Virus record (IMG/VR): IMGVR_UViG_3300007513_001761
Location: 49,249-113,248 of that record
Reading direction: 5' to 3' (one strand)
Source: a virus
Length of the DNA: 64,000 nucleotides
Position numbers and translations under genes: made by a program
The notes under the pieces: model-generated
Told to the model about the DNA's origin: nothing
The model's input: the letters and a program-made list of their open reading frames with translations, nothing else
Databases searched by the model: none
Shown: piece after piece, positions 9,210 to 19,105 of the stretch
How positions within the stretch are numbered: the first letter of the stretch is position 1
How the letters are laid out: every line of letters begins with the position of its first letter

Positions 9210-10857
9210 TTAATTCTCCTGTGTATTGTTGAAAATATCCTTTGTATTGATCAAAGTTTCTTTGTCCAAATATTTCTTTGTATTTAAAAAACACTGTCGA
9301 TTCTTCTTGCAATCGTTTTTCTGAGTGTTCGGTCGAAGTGGACAACCCTTCATTATTATAATAATATAATCCAAGGGGAATGTTAACCTTTTTAAATTTG
9401 AATCCAGACTCGACCATACGCAAGAACATCTCCCAATCGCCAGCGTGTGCTAGCTCGTCATTAAAATAACCAGCTTTCTCGTGAATACTTTTTCTCCACA
9501 TCGGCATTGGCCCTGGCAAACACTTAATCATATTCTCTTTAGAAAACGAATTGCGTGAGTGTTCATAGAAAGCGCCTTGCGCAGAATTGTTCTCAAAAGT
9601 TTCGTTTGCGACAGTCGTTTGATAGCAATCAGCGTAAACCAAGTCAATTCCTGTGGAGTAGTGCAAATGTTTTGCGAGAGTTTCTAAGTAGTGTGGTGAG
9701 TGTCGATCATCCACACATGCTTGCGCAAAAAACTCGCCAGTGGCCATTTTGAGGGCCATGTTCTCAGTTTCCATGACTGTTGCTCTATAATCAAGCTTTT
9801 TGTAAACCACGTTTTTATTGGTTTTCATGAACTCTCTAATATACTTTTCTTCATTCTCCGGTGAGTTGGCGTCAATAATGATCAATTCACACTGGTCAAA
9901 AATGGTCTGATTTTTGATGCTTTGTAAAAAATTTTCAATGTATTTTTCCCCAGCATACAGGGGACAGAAAACGGTAACTTTGGGTAATTCGGGTGCTGGG
10001 AAGTAATTTGCTTTGTTGTTATCAATCAGATCGAACCACTTATTAAGAAGCGTGGTGTTGTTCTCTCGAATGAAGTCCAACATCTCCTTCCCGTTCAATT
10101 TAAAATAATCTTCACTAGCTGCGCCAATCAAAGTGTTGGTGATTATCTTACATCCCACGATTTTGGCTTCAATCGAAAGGCGATTATATGTTTCCAGCCA
10201 TTGAGGGAAAAACACTAGATGCTTTACTTGGGCCAAATTGGCAACAAAGCTTTCAAATGGCTGATGACGTAACAGTTCATATTCCAAGCCATGGTGAGCA
10301 CAAAAGCTGATAGCTGCTGGCATGCCTTTGTTTTTATTCTGAGAATCCAGCAGCGCATATTCAATCGTCTTTTCGGTTCCGATATTTTCTTCTAGAACGT
10401 TTAATTGCTCTTCTGTCCAAATGTTGCCGCTTAAACTTACAATATTATTGAGCAACAAGTTCTTCTGAATTACGCTAGCATGCTTTTTGCTCTGACACAT
10501 AACTGCAGCAGCGTTGGCATAAAAATCTTTGTTGATTAATTGATTTTCTGGCGCAAGAAAGTCTTTGTAAAGAGATGGATTGTTGGAAGCCACATATTTG
10601 TGGTCATGCTCCAGAATTGCGTATGTCATGCCAGCAAACGCATGTTTAAATGCTTCTGCCAACATAAAAAAATTAGCTATAATGAAAAAACTATCTCTAT
10701 TGTTTTCCAACAGTGGTCCTGTTACATTGATAGATTTTACTGTTTCTACTGTATATTTCTCGCGCAATAATCGAATGAGGGCGTCATTGCAAAGTTCTGC
10801 GCCGCCCCTTATTTCATCCGCAAAAAAGTCAGAAATAAAAACAATTTTTTTAATCAT
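9202..10857 (-). CDS. Two-domain glycosyltransferase (GT-B-like N-terminus plus GT2 C-terminus)
   Basis: GGAE and ET..R..IEA (GT-B); LIIIDANS, VDD, GDWEMFLR (GT2). Confidence 0.85.
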   Translation of the reverse strand: MIKKIVFISDFFADEIRGGAELCNDALIRLLREKYTVETVKSINVTGPLLENNRDSFFIIANFFMLAEAFKHAFAGMTYAILEHDHKYVASNNPSLYKDFLAPENQLINKDFYANAAAVMCQSKKHASVIQKNLLLNNIVSLSGNIWTEEQLNVLEENIGTEKTIEYALLDSQNKNKGMPAAISFCAHHGLEYELLRHQPFESFVANLAQVKHLVFFPQWLETYNRLSIEAKIVGCKIITNTLIGAASEDYFKLNGKEMLDFIRENNTTLLNKWFDLIDNNKANYFPAPELPKVTVFCPLYAGEKYIENFLQSIKNQTIFDQCELIIIDANSPENEEKYIREFMKTNKNVVYKKLDYRATVMETENMALKMATGEFFAQACVDDRHSPHYLETLAKHLHYSTGIDLVYADCYQTTVANETFENNSAQGAFYEHSRNSFSKENMIKCLPGPMPMWRKSIHEKAGYFNDELAHAGDWEMFLRMVESGFKFKKVNIPLGLYYYNNEGLSTSTEHSEKRLQEESTVFFKYKEIFGQRNFDQYKGYFQQYTGELNG

Positions 10858-12115
10858 ATGTTACAACTTGATCCAACACATCACGCCATTCTTTTTCTTC
10901 GGCAGTTTCAACAAAATGAGATAAACTTTCTACAAAAAGCGCATTCTGTTTGGTTTCTGAGAATCTTTCGTGAACTTCCATGGAATACTCACACGAATTG
11001 AGAGCAATACTATCTTCCTTTTTCTCTACAATATCATTGTAGCACAAGCGTAATTGCTCCTTAGTTGACGATTCACGAGGATAAGCCCACATCGACTCCT
11101 TAATCAGCACGCCATCCCAGACGACCTCGTCGGGTACGGGCGCCATATCATAGGCCACGTTGTAAAACTGATCCTTTCCTTTTTCATCCACTAAAAAGTC
11201 TAATTGTCCGGACCACCCTGTACAAACTACAGGGAGACCTGAATAGCATGCTTCATAAATAGGAAGACCAAAACCTTCACCGTGAGCCAAAGAAATCAAT
11301 GCAGCAATTTGTGGGTGTACATAGAGGGAATGAATTTCGTCGTCCTCCATGTCGCCATGAAGGAGATATACCTTACAAGCATGCTCACCAAGGGGTCTCA
11401 AAAAGGCTCTAAGATCGTTTTCTACCTTCTCGCGATCCATTAAACAATTCTTAGCAAAATTGGTTTTAAGCACGAGTCCGACTTCTTCGTCTCTAAACTC
11501 CTCCACAAACCACTTTACCGTGTTCGGAATGTTCTTTCGTGGCCCAAATTGCGCAACGGTCAAAAAGTTAACATCGAAATCAAGCTCAATACCCAAATCT
11601 GGCAAATTATCGAAAGTCTTAGTCGGATAATCGACTGCATCAATTTCTGTCGTTAAGGCGAATTCTTGCTCAGAGCCGGGGACATTTTGTTGTGCAACAA
11701 TATATTTCGTATCTTCGTAAACTTTTTTAGAGTGATTCGAAACAACAATGATTCTATCCATTTGATTGCCTTTTTCAATCCACTGGTGTGCTACTTTTGT
11801 CGTTTCAATACCGGCGGTATACCCAATATTTACGGGTGCCATTCTTTCCCACTCGTTGGGAATCGTTACCTGAAGAGAAATGTCAAATTGACCACCTTGT
11901 TGAACATATGCGATTGTCTTTTCGATAGTTTGGTCGATCCAGGCGCGCTCTGTGTCTACCATCGCCATCCAAGATGTCTGTCCCCACTGCAATGGCTGAA
12001 TATAAATATCAAACAGGTCTTCTCGCGAGCGTAGGGCTCTCAGAGCAAACCTTGATTGCTCTCCATACCCAGAGCGTGTCAAGAGAGGAGCCTTTAAAAT
12101 AATCTTCTTTTTCAT
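10850..12115 (-). CDS. GT4-family glycosyltransferase
   Basis: SGYG, RKN, GEGFGLPIYEA..GLPVV. Confidence 0.9.
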   Translation of the reverse strand: MKKKIILKAPLLTRSGYGEQSRFALRALRSREDLFDIYIQPLQWGQTSWMAMVDTERAWIDQTIEKTIAYVQQGGQFDISLQVTIPNEWERMAPVNIGYTAGIETTKVAHQWIEKGNQMDRIIVVSNHSKKVYEDTKYIVAQQNVPGSEQEFALTTEIDAVDYPTKTFDNLPDLGIELDFDVNFLTVAQFGPRKNIPNTVKWFVEEFRDEEVGLVLKTNFAKNCLMDREKVENDLRAFLRPLGEHACKVYLLHGDMEDDEIHSLYVHPQIAALISLAHGEGFGLPIYEACYSGLPVVCTGWSGQLDFLVDEKGKDQFYNVAYDMAPVPDEVVWDGVLIKESMWAYPRESSTKEQLRLCYNDIVEKKEDSIALNSCEYSMEVHERFSETKQNALFVESLSHFVETAEEKEWRDVLDQVVTYD

Positions 12116-13401
12116 TAGGCCACCTCCATCAAGTGCCATCTATCATAACCCTTTCGAGTTTCCCAGGATCCGTGAGTTTCAACTGCATTGTCCATAACTT
12201 CAATCCATTGCTTTTCAAAATTTTCAAAATTGTAATTGGTCTTAACATGCTTGATACCCTTTTCCGACATTTTCTTATATACGGCCGGGCGCATGTCAAT
12301 TGCTGATTGAAGAGCTTTATTAAAGTCTTCCTGAGCAATGCGATCCTCATAAATATAAGGCACCTCAAGGGAGCCAATTATCGCTTTCGACGAAGGTTGA
12401 AGTCCAAAGCCAAACCAGTCCTTTCCATCAGTTACCTGCTCTTGTAGTCCGCCGGTCATGTTCACAATAATAGGTGTTCCGCAAGACATCGATTCTAATG
12501 TTGCTAGTCCAAAACCTTCGGCGTCGGAAATGTTGATTGTGAAGTCTGCTGCATTATACATCCCGGCCAATTCCAATGAGTCCACTTTTTGTGTCGAAAG
12601 TAAAACTTGTCCGTCACCGACATTTAGATGCTCAATAAGATGTGGTAAATCTTGTCCGTGGGGATCTCGTGCATCTGTATGCATCAATAAAGTGGCCTTG
12701 TCGTGGCCCACTTCGTCCAAGAATTCTTTAAACCACCAAATTAGAGTGCCCGACTGTTTGCGCCGTGCGTTGCGATTGTTCCAAAAGAAAATTTTCTTAT
12801 CTTTATTTTTATGGTGAAAACTAGATTCTACGCAAATACGCTCACGCAGAATTTCAACCTTTGCCTTATCTTCAGCAGATTTATATTTATAAAAAATACT
12901 TGAATTAACAGCATGAGGGAGGTAATGACTCCGCACTCCTGGTGAAACTGTTTTAACAATATCGTGCGTTACCTTTGAGATACACACAATTTCGTCAGTA
13001 GAGCGATAGAATCTTCCATTAAAGTGCGGATGAGGAAAATTATCCCAGACATGATAATACATCATGGGAACATTCGCTCGTATTTCGTTTTCAATTTCCC
13101 ACAGCCAGCCAAAAAAGCGAGGATCGGTCATAAACCAAAGCATATCCGGCTTTTCCTTCTGAAGAATAGAACGAATAATCTCGTGGTTACCATATCCATC
13201 TACTGGATAAATAATCCAATCGTCTTTCCACGGTTCAACTCGTTGCGGTTGGTAGTCGGCGTGCTTCATGGCACCCCCCAAACACACAAACTCATAGCGC
13301 CCTGTCTTTAAGAGCGCCTCAATAAAATACTTCGTCTGGGTACCCACTCCAGAGGGTGATAACGGGTGATCTGACAGAGTCAGAATTTTTGTCTTTTTCA
13401 T
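12115..13401 (-). CDS. GT4-family glycosyltransferase
   Basis: NRNARRK, AEGFGLATLESMSCGTP, GGLQEQV. Confidence 0.9.
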   Translation of the reverse strand: MKKTKILTLSDHPLSPSGVGTQTKYFIEALLKTGRYEFVCLGGAMKHADYQPQRVEPWKDDWIIYPVDGYGNHEIIRSILQKEKPDMLWFMTDPRFFGWLWEIENEIRANVPMMYYHVWDNFPHPHFNGRFYRSTDEIVCISKVTHDIVKTVSPGVRSHYLPHAVNSSIFYKYKSAEDKAKVEILRERICVESSFHHKNKDKKIFFWNNRNARRKQSGTLIWWFKEFLDEVGHDKATLLMHTDARDPHGQDLPHLIEHLNVGDGQVLLSTQKVDSLELAGMYNAADFTINISDAEGFGLATLESMSCGTPIIVNMTGGLQEQVTDGKDWFGFGLQPSSKAIIGSLEVPYIYEDRIAQEDFNKALQSAIDMRPAVYKKMSEKGIKHVKTNYNFENFEKQWIEVMDNAVETHGSWETRKGYDRWHLMEVA

Positions 13402-13408
13402 TAATACC

Positions 13409-14170
13409 TCAAGGACAATGTTCGGTATGTCTAAAGTTGCAGTTCCTGCAAGACAACCTATTCTTAATATAACGTTTATTTTTAATATTGTATAGTGCCG
13501 TGTTCAACATTTTTATTGCATTCGCTGTTTTACGCGGTCCACTAGTGACTCTAAATAGTTCCACTCGGTTTTTCTTAGCAGTTCTTTTTAGCAGTGCAAA
13601 GTGCGTTTCCACATCTTTTGGATCTATATTCATCTTTTGACAGAAAAAATGTTTATACAAAGTTAACTGGTATGTGACCATCTTATCGCTGCGTTTGCGC
13701 GCATCCCAACCCCACGAACAAGTCTTCCAATCGAAGACGTGAACTTTTCCATCGGGAGTGGCCACAATCGCATCGATGTAGCCCTTAAACATATAATTAT
13801 CTTCGCCCTCTAAAGGTTCATAGAGCGGCATTTCTACTGCCATGACTTCGAACTCGTCAAAATATTCCTTTAACGCATCTTCAATTTCAGGCAAGATTTG
13901 CTTTCCTTGTCCGATCATATCATAGACAAGTTTTTTGTCTACCTCAATGTCGTCATCCAGACTAGCGATGTTCTTTTTAAATTCTTCAACAAAAAAAGCA
14001 TCATTTATCTCTTCTTGAAGCAGCTTCTTTTCGCAAACCGAATGAATAGCACTTCCAAAAGCAGTATAGGCGTTACCTCTAAAGCCGTCAATTTTGTCTA
14101 GGCGCGTCAACTTGTGGTAAAAGGCGCAAAAAACCCAATCTTTGAGTTCAGAGTATGAAATATGTGGCAA
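13409..14170 (-). CDS. PD-(D/E)XK nuclease, Cas4/AddB-like
   Basis: SYS..C, FGSAIH, GYID, DWKT, QLTLY, C-terminal CxxC...C. Confidence 0.88.
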   Translation of the reverse strand: MPHISYSELKDWVFCAFYHKLTRLDKIDGFRGNAYTAFGSAIHSVCEKKLLQEEINDAFFVEEFKKNIASLDDDIEVDKKLVYDMIGQGKQILPEIEDALKEYFDEFEVMAVEMPLYEPLEGEDNYMFKGYIDAIVATPDGKVHVFDWKTCSWGWDARKRSDKMVTYQLTLYKHFFCQKMNIDPKDVETHFALLKRTAKKNRVELFRVTSGPRKTANAIKMLNTALYNIKNKRYIKNRLSCRNCNFRHTEHCP

Positions 14171-14201
14171 AGTTTTCTCGTATTTTTAAATGTTATACTA
14201 C

Positions 14202-14230
14202 AGTATAACCACATTTTTAATGATTGTCAA
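14202..14230 (-). promoter_or_regulatory. sigma70-type promoter
   Basis: TTGACA-N17-TATACT just upstream of the nuclease and glycan cluster. Confidence 0.75.
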
Positions 14231-14915
14231 GATCTTTTTGACGTTGAAGCATTAATATTTTTTTATATAATGCTGGACTAATCTTTTGCAGAAAAGTGTG
14301 ATTTGGGTCCAGGTAAAACTCGGTGAACCCTGTGGCGTAATATTCTTTAAGGGATGTGGGAGCATACGCTGATAGGAATACCCCGGCCACCAATGAAGAT
14401 AGCTTGTCATATCCCACCGTCTTAAGGAGGAAAGCATCAAACTCTTCATTATATTCTGAATCCATGAAAAACGCCAAGGGTGCTTTAAATCCATGCTTCC
14501 ACAAAATATCATGCAAATACTTCCTCTTTCTTAAAAATTCTTTCTCAAGTTCTTTGTCACCGTAAATGTCATATCCGTAAACGGCTTCCAGCGAGTGTGC
14601 AATTTCGTGTACAATATCATCGAACATATCTTCTTCATCATCTTGCACATTGGAAATGTACAGGGCCCCATCTTTATAAAATGCATTCACAGAGCGCTTT
14701 TCGAATTCATCAAACCAGCCCACAACAATCATTTCTACTTCTTCGAGAAGATGTGTGGGTACAACCTCTTCTACTCTACTGATAACATTATCTAAACTAA
14801 TACTGTCGCTAACGGGCGGATCTTTTACATAGACGTGGATGCCCGTGCTGGTGTAGAAGTCTTGGATGTTAGCTTGCGTCCGCTGGTGGCTCTCTCGTAA
14901 GTAGTTCAGCATCAT
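14217..14915 (-). CDS. Putative zincin metallopeptidase
   Basis: VHEIAH (HExxH) and downstream EYYA..F. Confidence 0.6.
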   Translation of the reverse strand: MMLNYLRESHQRTQANIQDFYTSTGIHVYVKDPPVSDSISLDNVISRVEEVVPTHLLEEVEMIVVGWFDEFEKRSVNAFYKDGALYISNVQDDEEDMFDDIVHEIAHSLEAVYGYDIYGDKELEKEFLRKRKYLHDILWKHGFKAPLAFFMDSEYNEEFDAFLLKTVGYDKLSSLVAGVFLSAYAPTSLKEYYATGFTEFYLDPNHTFLQKISPALYKKILMLQRQKDLDNH

Positions 14916-15156
14916 CTAGTCCCTGTTGGTATCCTCGCAAAAAATTCTCTTCAGCAAAAGCAAACACAAATTCAGGAAAATCCGTGGCCAATACTTCCGC
15001 AATCATATTCACGGTGACCTCTTCATTATCTAGTTTTGTACCAACGTATTCTACCAGATATTCTTTAAGGGCAGAATCGGTTTCTACAACCATCGCCAGC
15101 ATAGGATTCTCGTGTAATTCCTGTTCGCTGATTACATTTTCAATTTCTTCACTCAT
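14869..15156 (-). CDS. Hypothetical acidic protein
   Basis: ORF with GGAG RBS in a co-directional gene run. Confidence 0.6.
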   Translation of the reverse strand: MSEEIENVISEQELHENPMLAMVVETDSALKEYLVEYVGTKLDNEEVTVNMIAEVLATDFPEFVFAFAEENFLRGYQQGLDDAELLTREPPADAS

Positions 15157-15209
15157 AATAATTTCTCCTTTATTAATATAACAACAAATTGAAGAGTTGT
15201 TTATTTTAT

Positions 15210-16547
15210 TTATAAAACTTTAGAGGCCAACGTTGCAAGGTCTGATCTCTCGCCTTTTCTAAACGTAACGTGGCCGGCTACTCGATATTCTTTAAAGCTC
15301 TCAATCGCATGCGCTAACCCATTAGAGGTCTCATTCACATATGCGTTGTCGATTTGTTCAATATCTCCAGTCATAACAATTTTAGTACCTTCGCCTATTC
15401 TAGTAATAATAGTCTTAACTTCGTGTTTTGTTAAATTTTGTGCTTCATCAATCACAATAAAAGCATTTGAAATAGAACGTCCCCGAATATAAGTCAGAGC
15501 TTCAATCTCAATTTTGCCTTTTTGTGTATACATCTCCAGCGACGAACGGTCTCCCATCAAAAATTTAAGATTATCCTGAATAGGCATCAGCCAGGGTAGC
15601 ATTTTCTCTTCCATCGTCCCTGGCAAGAATCCGATGTCTTTGCCCATGGGTTGAACAGGACGCGAAACTATCATGCGTGCATAATGATTGTGTTCCGTTC
15701 TGAGTCCTATGGTTTGTTGAAGCCCTGCTGCAATCGCACACAGTGTTTTACCAGAACCAGCGCGGCCAACCAATGTGACAAGCTTAATCTTGGGATCTAA
15801 CAACATGTCGATTGCAAACGCCTGTTCCTTGTTTCTTGAAGAAACTTTCCAATCGGGTACCTTGTCATGGATTGTCTTTTTGAGCGGCATCTCGTGGCTT
15901 TCAAAGCGCGCTAGCGCGCTCTTCTTGGGGTTGGAGTTGGATATCATTAGCAGATACTGGTTGGGATACCAAACTTCAGGTGCCTCGTCCTCTGAAACAA
16001 TAATTTCGTCTCCAGCATAAAACCGATCAATGATTTGATCGTCTGTAAGAAACTCAGAGAAGCCTTCATATAGCTGATCGGATGATATGACTGCCTTTTC
16101 AGAGATGTAGTCTTCTGTGAGAATTCCGATTGAATCACAAATCACACGCATGTTGATATCGCGGCTTACGACGATAGTTTTGCGCTTGGGGTGTGCTACT
16201 TGCACAGCTTTTCCTGTAGCAATGATTGCATGATCTGGAATACGCATGTCCAAATCAGAAGGAAACACCACATCTTTTAGTGATTCATAAGACATCACCC
16301 GGAGTAATCCGGCGCCCTTTGCAATTCGAACGCCCTTCTCAAGACTACCTCTTCCTCGAAGCTCATCCAAAGATCGAATAATAGCTCTAGCATTGATTCC
16401 TACGGAATCTTGGCGCTTTTTGTGCCCATCAATCTCTTCAAGCACTTTAAGAGGCAAAAACAAATCGTGATTGTCAAATTTATAAATGCAATCAGCATCT
16501 GTCAAACAAACACTAGTGTCTAATAAATAATTCTTTTTAACTGCCAT
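15210..16547 (-). CDS. phoH: PIN domain-PhoH ATPase (PhoH2/YlaK-type)
   Basis: LLDTS PIN start; GRAGSGKT Walker A; IGFLPG, RGRS, IDEAQN, TRIG, GD..QID. Confidence 0.95.
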   Translation of the reverse strand: MAVKKNYLLDTSVCLTDADCIYKFDNHDLFLPLKVLEEIDGHKKRQDSVGINARAIIRSLDELRGRGSLEKGVRIAKGAGLLRVMSYESLKDVVFPSDLDMRIPDHAIIATGKAVQVAHPKRKTIVVSRDINMRVICDSIGILTEDYISEKAVISSDQLYEGFSEFLTDDQIIDRFYAGDEIIVSEDEAPEVWYPNQYLLMISNSNPKKSALARFESHEMPLKKTIHDKVPDWKVSSRNKEQAFAIDMLLDPKIKLVTLVGRAGSGKTLCAIAAGLQQTIGLRTEHNHYARMIVSRPVQPMGKDIGFLPGTMEEKMLPWLMPIQDNLKFLMGDRSSLEMYTQKGKIEIEALTYIRGRSISNAFIVIDEAQNLTKHEVKTIITRIGEGTKIVMTGDIEQIDNAYVNETSNGLAHAIESFKEYRVAGHVTFRKGERSDLATLASKVL

Positions 16548-16579
16548 GCGATACCGTATGCTGGTTCGTTAATAAGTAG

Positions 16580-16891
16580 TTAAGCCTTTTTAATTCGACG
16601 GGTTTTGCGGTTGCGCCTCTTTTTCGGGGATATTTTTTTAACTATATCTTTTTCAAATACAAAAGTTTCCACATCATCAGGCCACTTAAAGGGAATGCAA
16701 CACTCCTTTCTTAGACGATCTACATCTGCTTCTTTTATCAATACCGCTTCCCACCCTACATACGCTGGCCAATCAAAGGTGCGTCCTTTTTGTGCTTTCG
16801 TTTCAATCCGCTGGACAAGCCTTAAGTGTACAACGGGCACTCCCTCTCCCGCAGGTGAGCCAGCTATCACAATGTCGCCGGCTTTATACAC
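16580..16891 (-). CDS. Hypothetical protein (KAGDIV N-terminus, basic tail)
   Basis: ORF track. Confidence 0.55.
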   Translation of the reverse strand: MYKAGDIVIAGSPAGEGVPVVHLRLVQRIETKAQKGRTFDWPAYVGWEAVLIKEADVDRLRKECCIPFKWPDDVETFVFEKDIVKKISPKKRRNRKTRRIKKA

Positions 16892-17155
16892 TTATTTTCG
16901 CGGCAATAACCAAATGTCATCGTCCTTTTCTTCAATCGCTTGTCCTACATCAGAACATACACATTTGCGAGACGTTACTGACTCCATGTGCGTACTAAAC
17001 CCTTTACACGAGTCTTCACAGGTAGTTATAAGCTCATCTTTAAGTTCATAAGAAGATATCATAAAATAAACACCAGTAGTTACGCAGATATAAAACACGA
17101 GTTTCATAATTGTGTTGGCTATGGTGGTAACTAAATGTTTGTCATTATCTTGCAT
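16892..17155 (-). CDS. Hypothetical membrane protein with Cys-rich C-terminus
   Basis: One hydrophobic segment; CxxxC...CxC. Confidence 0.55.
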   Translation of the reverse strand: MQDNDKHLVTTIANTIMKLVFYICVTTGVYFMISSYELKDELITTCEDSCKGFSTHMESVTSRKCVCSDVGQAIEEKDDDIWLLPRK

Positions 17156-17172
17156 ATTTCTCTCATATAAAC

Positions 17173-17247
17173 GGAGCCACCGATAGGAGTCGAACCTACG
17201 ACCTATTGATTACAAATCAATTGCTCTGCCAACTGAGCTACGGTGGC
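17173..17247 (-). tRNA. tRNA-Thr(UGU)
   Basis: GCCACCG/CGGTGGC acceptor stem, anticodon loop TT-TGT-AA, GGTTCGACTCC T arm. Confidence 0.95.
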
Positions 17248-17250
17248 AAA

Positions 17251-17323
17251 CTGGAGCGGCGGGATTCGAACCTGCAACTTCCGGGTTAACAGCCCGACGT
17301 TCTGCCAATTGAACTACACTCCA
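17251..17323 (-). tRNA. tRNA-Asn(GUU)
   Basis: TGGAGTG/CGCTCCA acceptor stem, CT-GTT-AA loop, G discriminator; no encoded CCA; one A-C mismatch in the T stem. Confidence 0.9.
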
Positions 17324-17326
17324 GAA

Positions 17327-17426
17327 TCCGGTTTTTGTCGCGAACTAGGAGAACCAGAAACCCCTGCCTACGTGTGGGTCGGGCAGCCCCCTACCGTTAA
17401 TTTTAATTCCGACGATACAGCGGAAT
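17327..17426 (-). ncRNA. Candidate structured (double-pseudoknot) leader RNA before tRNA-Asn
   Basis: Stems TTCCG/CGGAA, CTGCC/GGCAG, TCTGGTT/AACCGGA; loop pairings GACCC/GGGTT and TAGGGG/CTCCTA. Confidence 0.45.
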
Positions 17427-17432
17427 ATCTTT

Positions 17433-17461
17433 ATTATAATCCATCAAGCCTCTTTGTGCAA
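17433..17461 (-). promoter_or_regulatory. sigma70-type promoter for the leader RNA and tRNA pair
   Basis: TTGCAC-N17-TATAAT. Confidence 0.7.
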
Positions 17462-17466
17462 GAACT

Positions 17467-18060
17467 TTACAACATTTCTTCGATTTGTTCTCTGATATAG
17501 TCTTCATTGAATCCATAAATGCCCCAGTGTACATTTAATTCTCGGTCAATAAAAACGAAAGTTGGCCATGAAGAAACCGGGTATCCCGCTAGCGCGGTGT
17601 AGTCGATCAAATCGCGATTTCCTTGCAGCACAGAAGTGGTCTGAATACCGTGCGTGTCTGCCCAGCCCTGGACCTCGTCCAATTCGACAGTATCTGCGGT
17701 CGGATCGTCAATCAAGACGGTAATATAATTAAATCCTTGTGATTCGTAATCATCTTGCGTTTGTTGTACGGTTTGTGCGGCGTTTTGGCATGGGCCACAC
17801 CACATAGCAGAGAAATCTAACACGATTACATTCCCCTTCAGGGCGTGAAGGCTCCAAATTTCATCGTTCTGATCTTTGAGCACCATCTCACACACGGCGG
17901 CACCTACGGCTTGTCCACAATCATCGGTGGCATATATTCCCAGTACCGGCTCTTCTTCAACAATCGGCGCTGAATCTTCTGGAACTTCTTCTGTAGGAGT
18001 CTCCAGAGTGGGAGTGCACCCAACCAAGAAAGACAAAACCAAAGCCCATAGAAACACCAT
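17467..18060 (-). CDS. TlpA/ResA-like thioredoxin-fold lipoprotein
   Basis: Lipobox LVGC; LDFSAMWCGPC; cis-Pro WPT. Confidence 0.85.
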   Translation of the reverse strand: MVFLWALVLSFLVGCTPTLETPTEEVPEDSAPIVEEEPVLGIYATDDCGQAVGAAVCEMVLKDQNDEIWSLHALKGNVIVLDFSAMWCGPCQNAAQTVQQTQDDYESQGFNYITVLIDDPTADTVELDEVQGWADTHGIQTTSVLQGNRDLIDYTALAGYPVSSWPTFVFIDRELNVHWGIYGFNEDYIREQIEEML

Positions 18061-18080
18061 ATCTACAAGTAACTACTCGG

Positions 18081-18584
18081 TTATTTAAATTCCCACAGAT
18101 ATTCTTTCCATGATTCATTGATTTGCCCCTCTGGTAGCGACTTCAATAATGTGCTTTTTGGGCGCCGTGGAGACCGCAAAGGCAACATTCCCGATTCACG
18201 AGGAGTTTTGTTACCTTTTTTCTGATTACATTTTTTGCATGCAGTCACCAAATTTTCCCAAGTGTTTAAACCTCCGCGACTCTTTGGCAACACATGGTCC
18301 ATCGTGAGATTTTCATATTTAAAATATTTGGTACAATATTGACATTGGTTATTATCGCGCCACAGAACGTTTGGGCGGTTCGGAGAAACAGTCGAGCACC
18401 GAAACCGCACATATCTGTTTAACACAATAACAGCAGGAATATCAAAAGAACGATTTGGAGAATGGATTTTCTTTGCATAGTTTTCTATAGCTCTCGCTTT
18501 TCCTACCAAACAAAGTACTAGAGCCTCGACCGCATCCACAATCGCAACAGGACGATATGAGGAATCCAGTTTAAGTGCTTTCAT
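18081..18584 (-). CDS. HNH endonuclease (McrA-like)
   Basis: RD...CQYC, TMDHVLPKSRGG, WENLVTACKKCN..KG. Confidence 0.92.
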   Translation of the reverse strand: MKALKLDSSYRPVAIVDAVEALVLCLVGKARAIENYAKKIHSPNRSFDIPAVIVLNRYVRFRCSTVSPNRPNVLWRDNNQCQYCTKYFKYENLTMDHVLPKSRGGLNTWENLVTACKKCNQKKGNKTPRESGMLPLRSPRRPKSTLLKSLPEGQINESWKEYLWEFK

Positions 18585-18614
18585 ACTTTAACTAGGTGGG
18601 TTGAGTCTATCTAG

Positions 18615-19103
18615 TCATTTCTCAGAATGTCGATTTGTGGCCCGTTTAGGTGGTAACTCAAAATCTCTAGCTTTTTTAACCAAATCTGAGGAACTGCTAA
18701 GTTTTTGATTTCCTCCAATTCCCCACAACAACTCAACTCCAAGTTCTTCACAGACAGCCTGCTCGGGAGTATTACTACGCCCCCGATCACCGCCATTAGC
18801 AAAAAACGTTGGATTCAAGCGACGAATAGCCTCACACACCGTTCCATCGCTATCGTCTACTGAGTCCACCAGAATAACCCCCTTAATTGCATTCAAAATT
18901 TCTACCCGTTGGGTGAATTCCATAAAAACAAACCCCTTCTTACGAAACAACCAATCATCCGAATTTGTGATCACGATCACATCTCCATACTGGGCCGCGT
19001 CTCGAATCATTCGGATATGTCCAGCGTGCACAGGGTCAAATCCGCCAGAAACCATTACAGTCGGTTTCTTCTCCTCATCAAACATTCCATCAGCAATTGT
19101 CAT
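18615..19103 (-). CDS. Cytidylyltransferase-like (HIGH) nucleotidyltransferase
   Basis: SGGFDPVHAGH, NSD, NGGDR, KLSSSS. Confidence 0.9.
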   Translation of the reverse strand: MTIADGMFDEEKKPTVMVSGGFDPVHAGHIRMIRDAAQYGDVIVITNSDDWLFRKKGFVFMEFTQRVEILNAIKGVILVDSVDDSDGTVCEAIRRLNPTFFANGGDRGRSNTPEQAVCEELGVELLWGIGGNQKLSSSSDLVKKARDFELPPKRATNRHSEK

Positions 19104-19105
19104 CT

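Noticed and set aside
1-13401. Bacterial LPS/capsule locus, i.e. cellular origin of the window
   Set aside because: No wzx/wzy/transport or housekeeping genes; unidirectional dense small ORFs, PhoH, solo Cas4-like nuclease and scattered tRNAs indicate a large phage.
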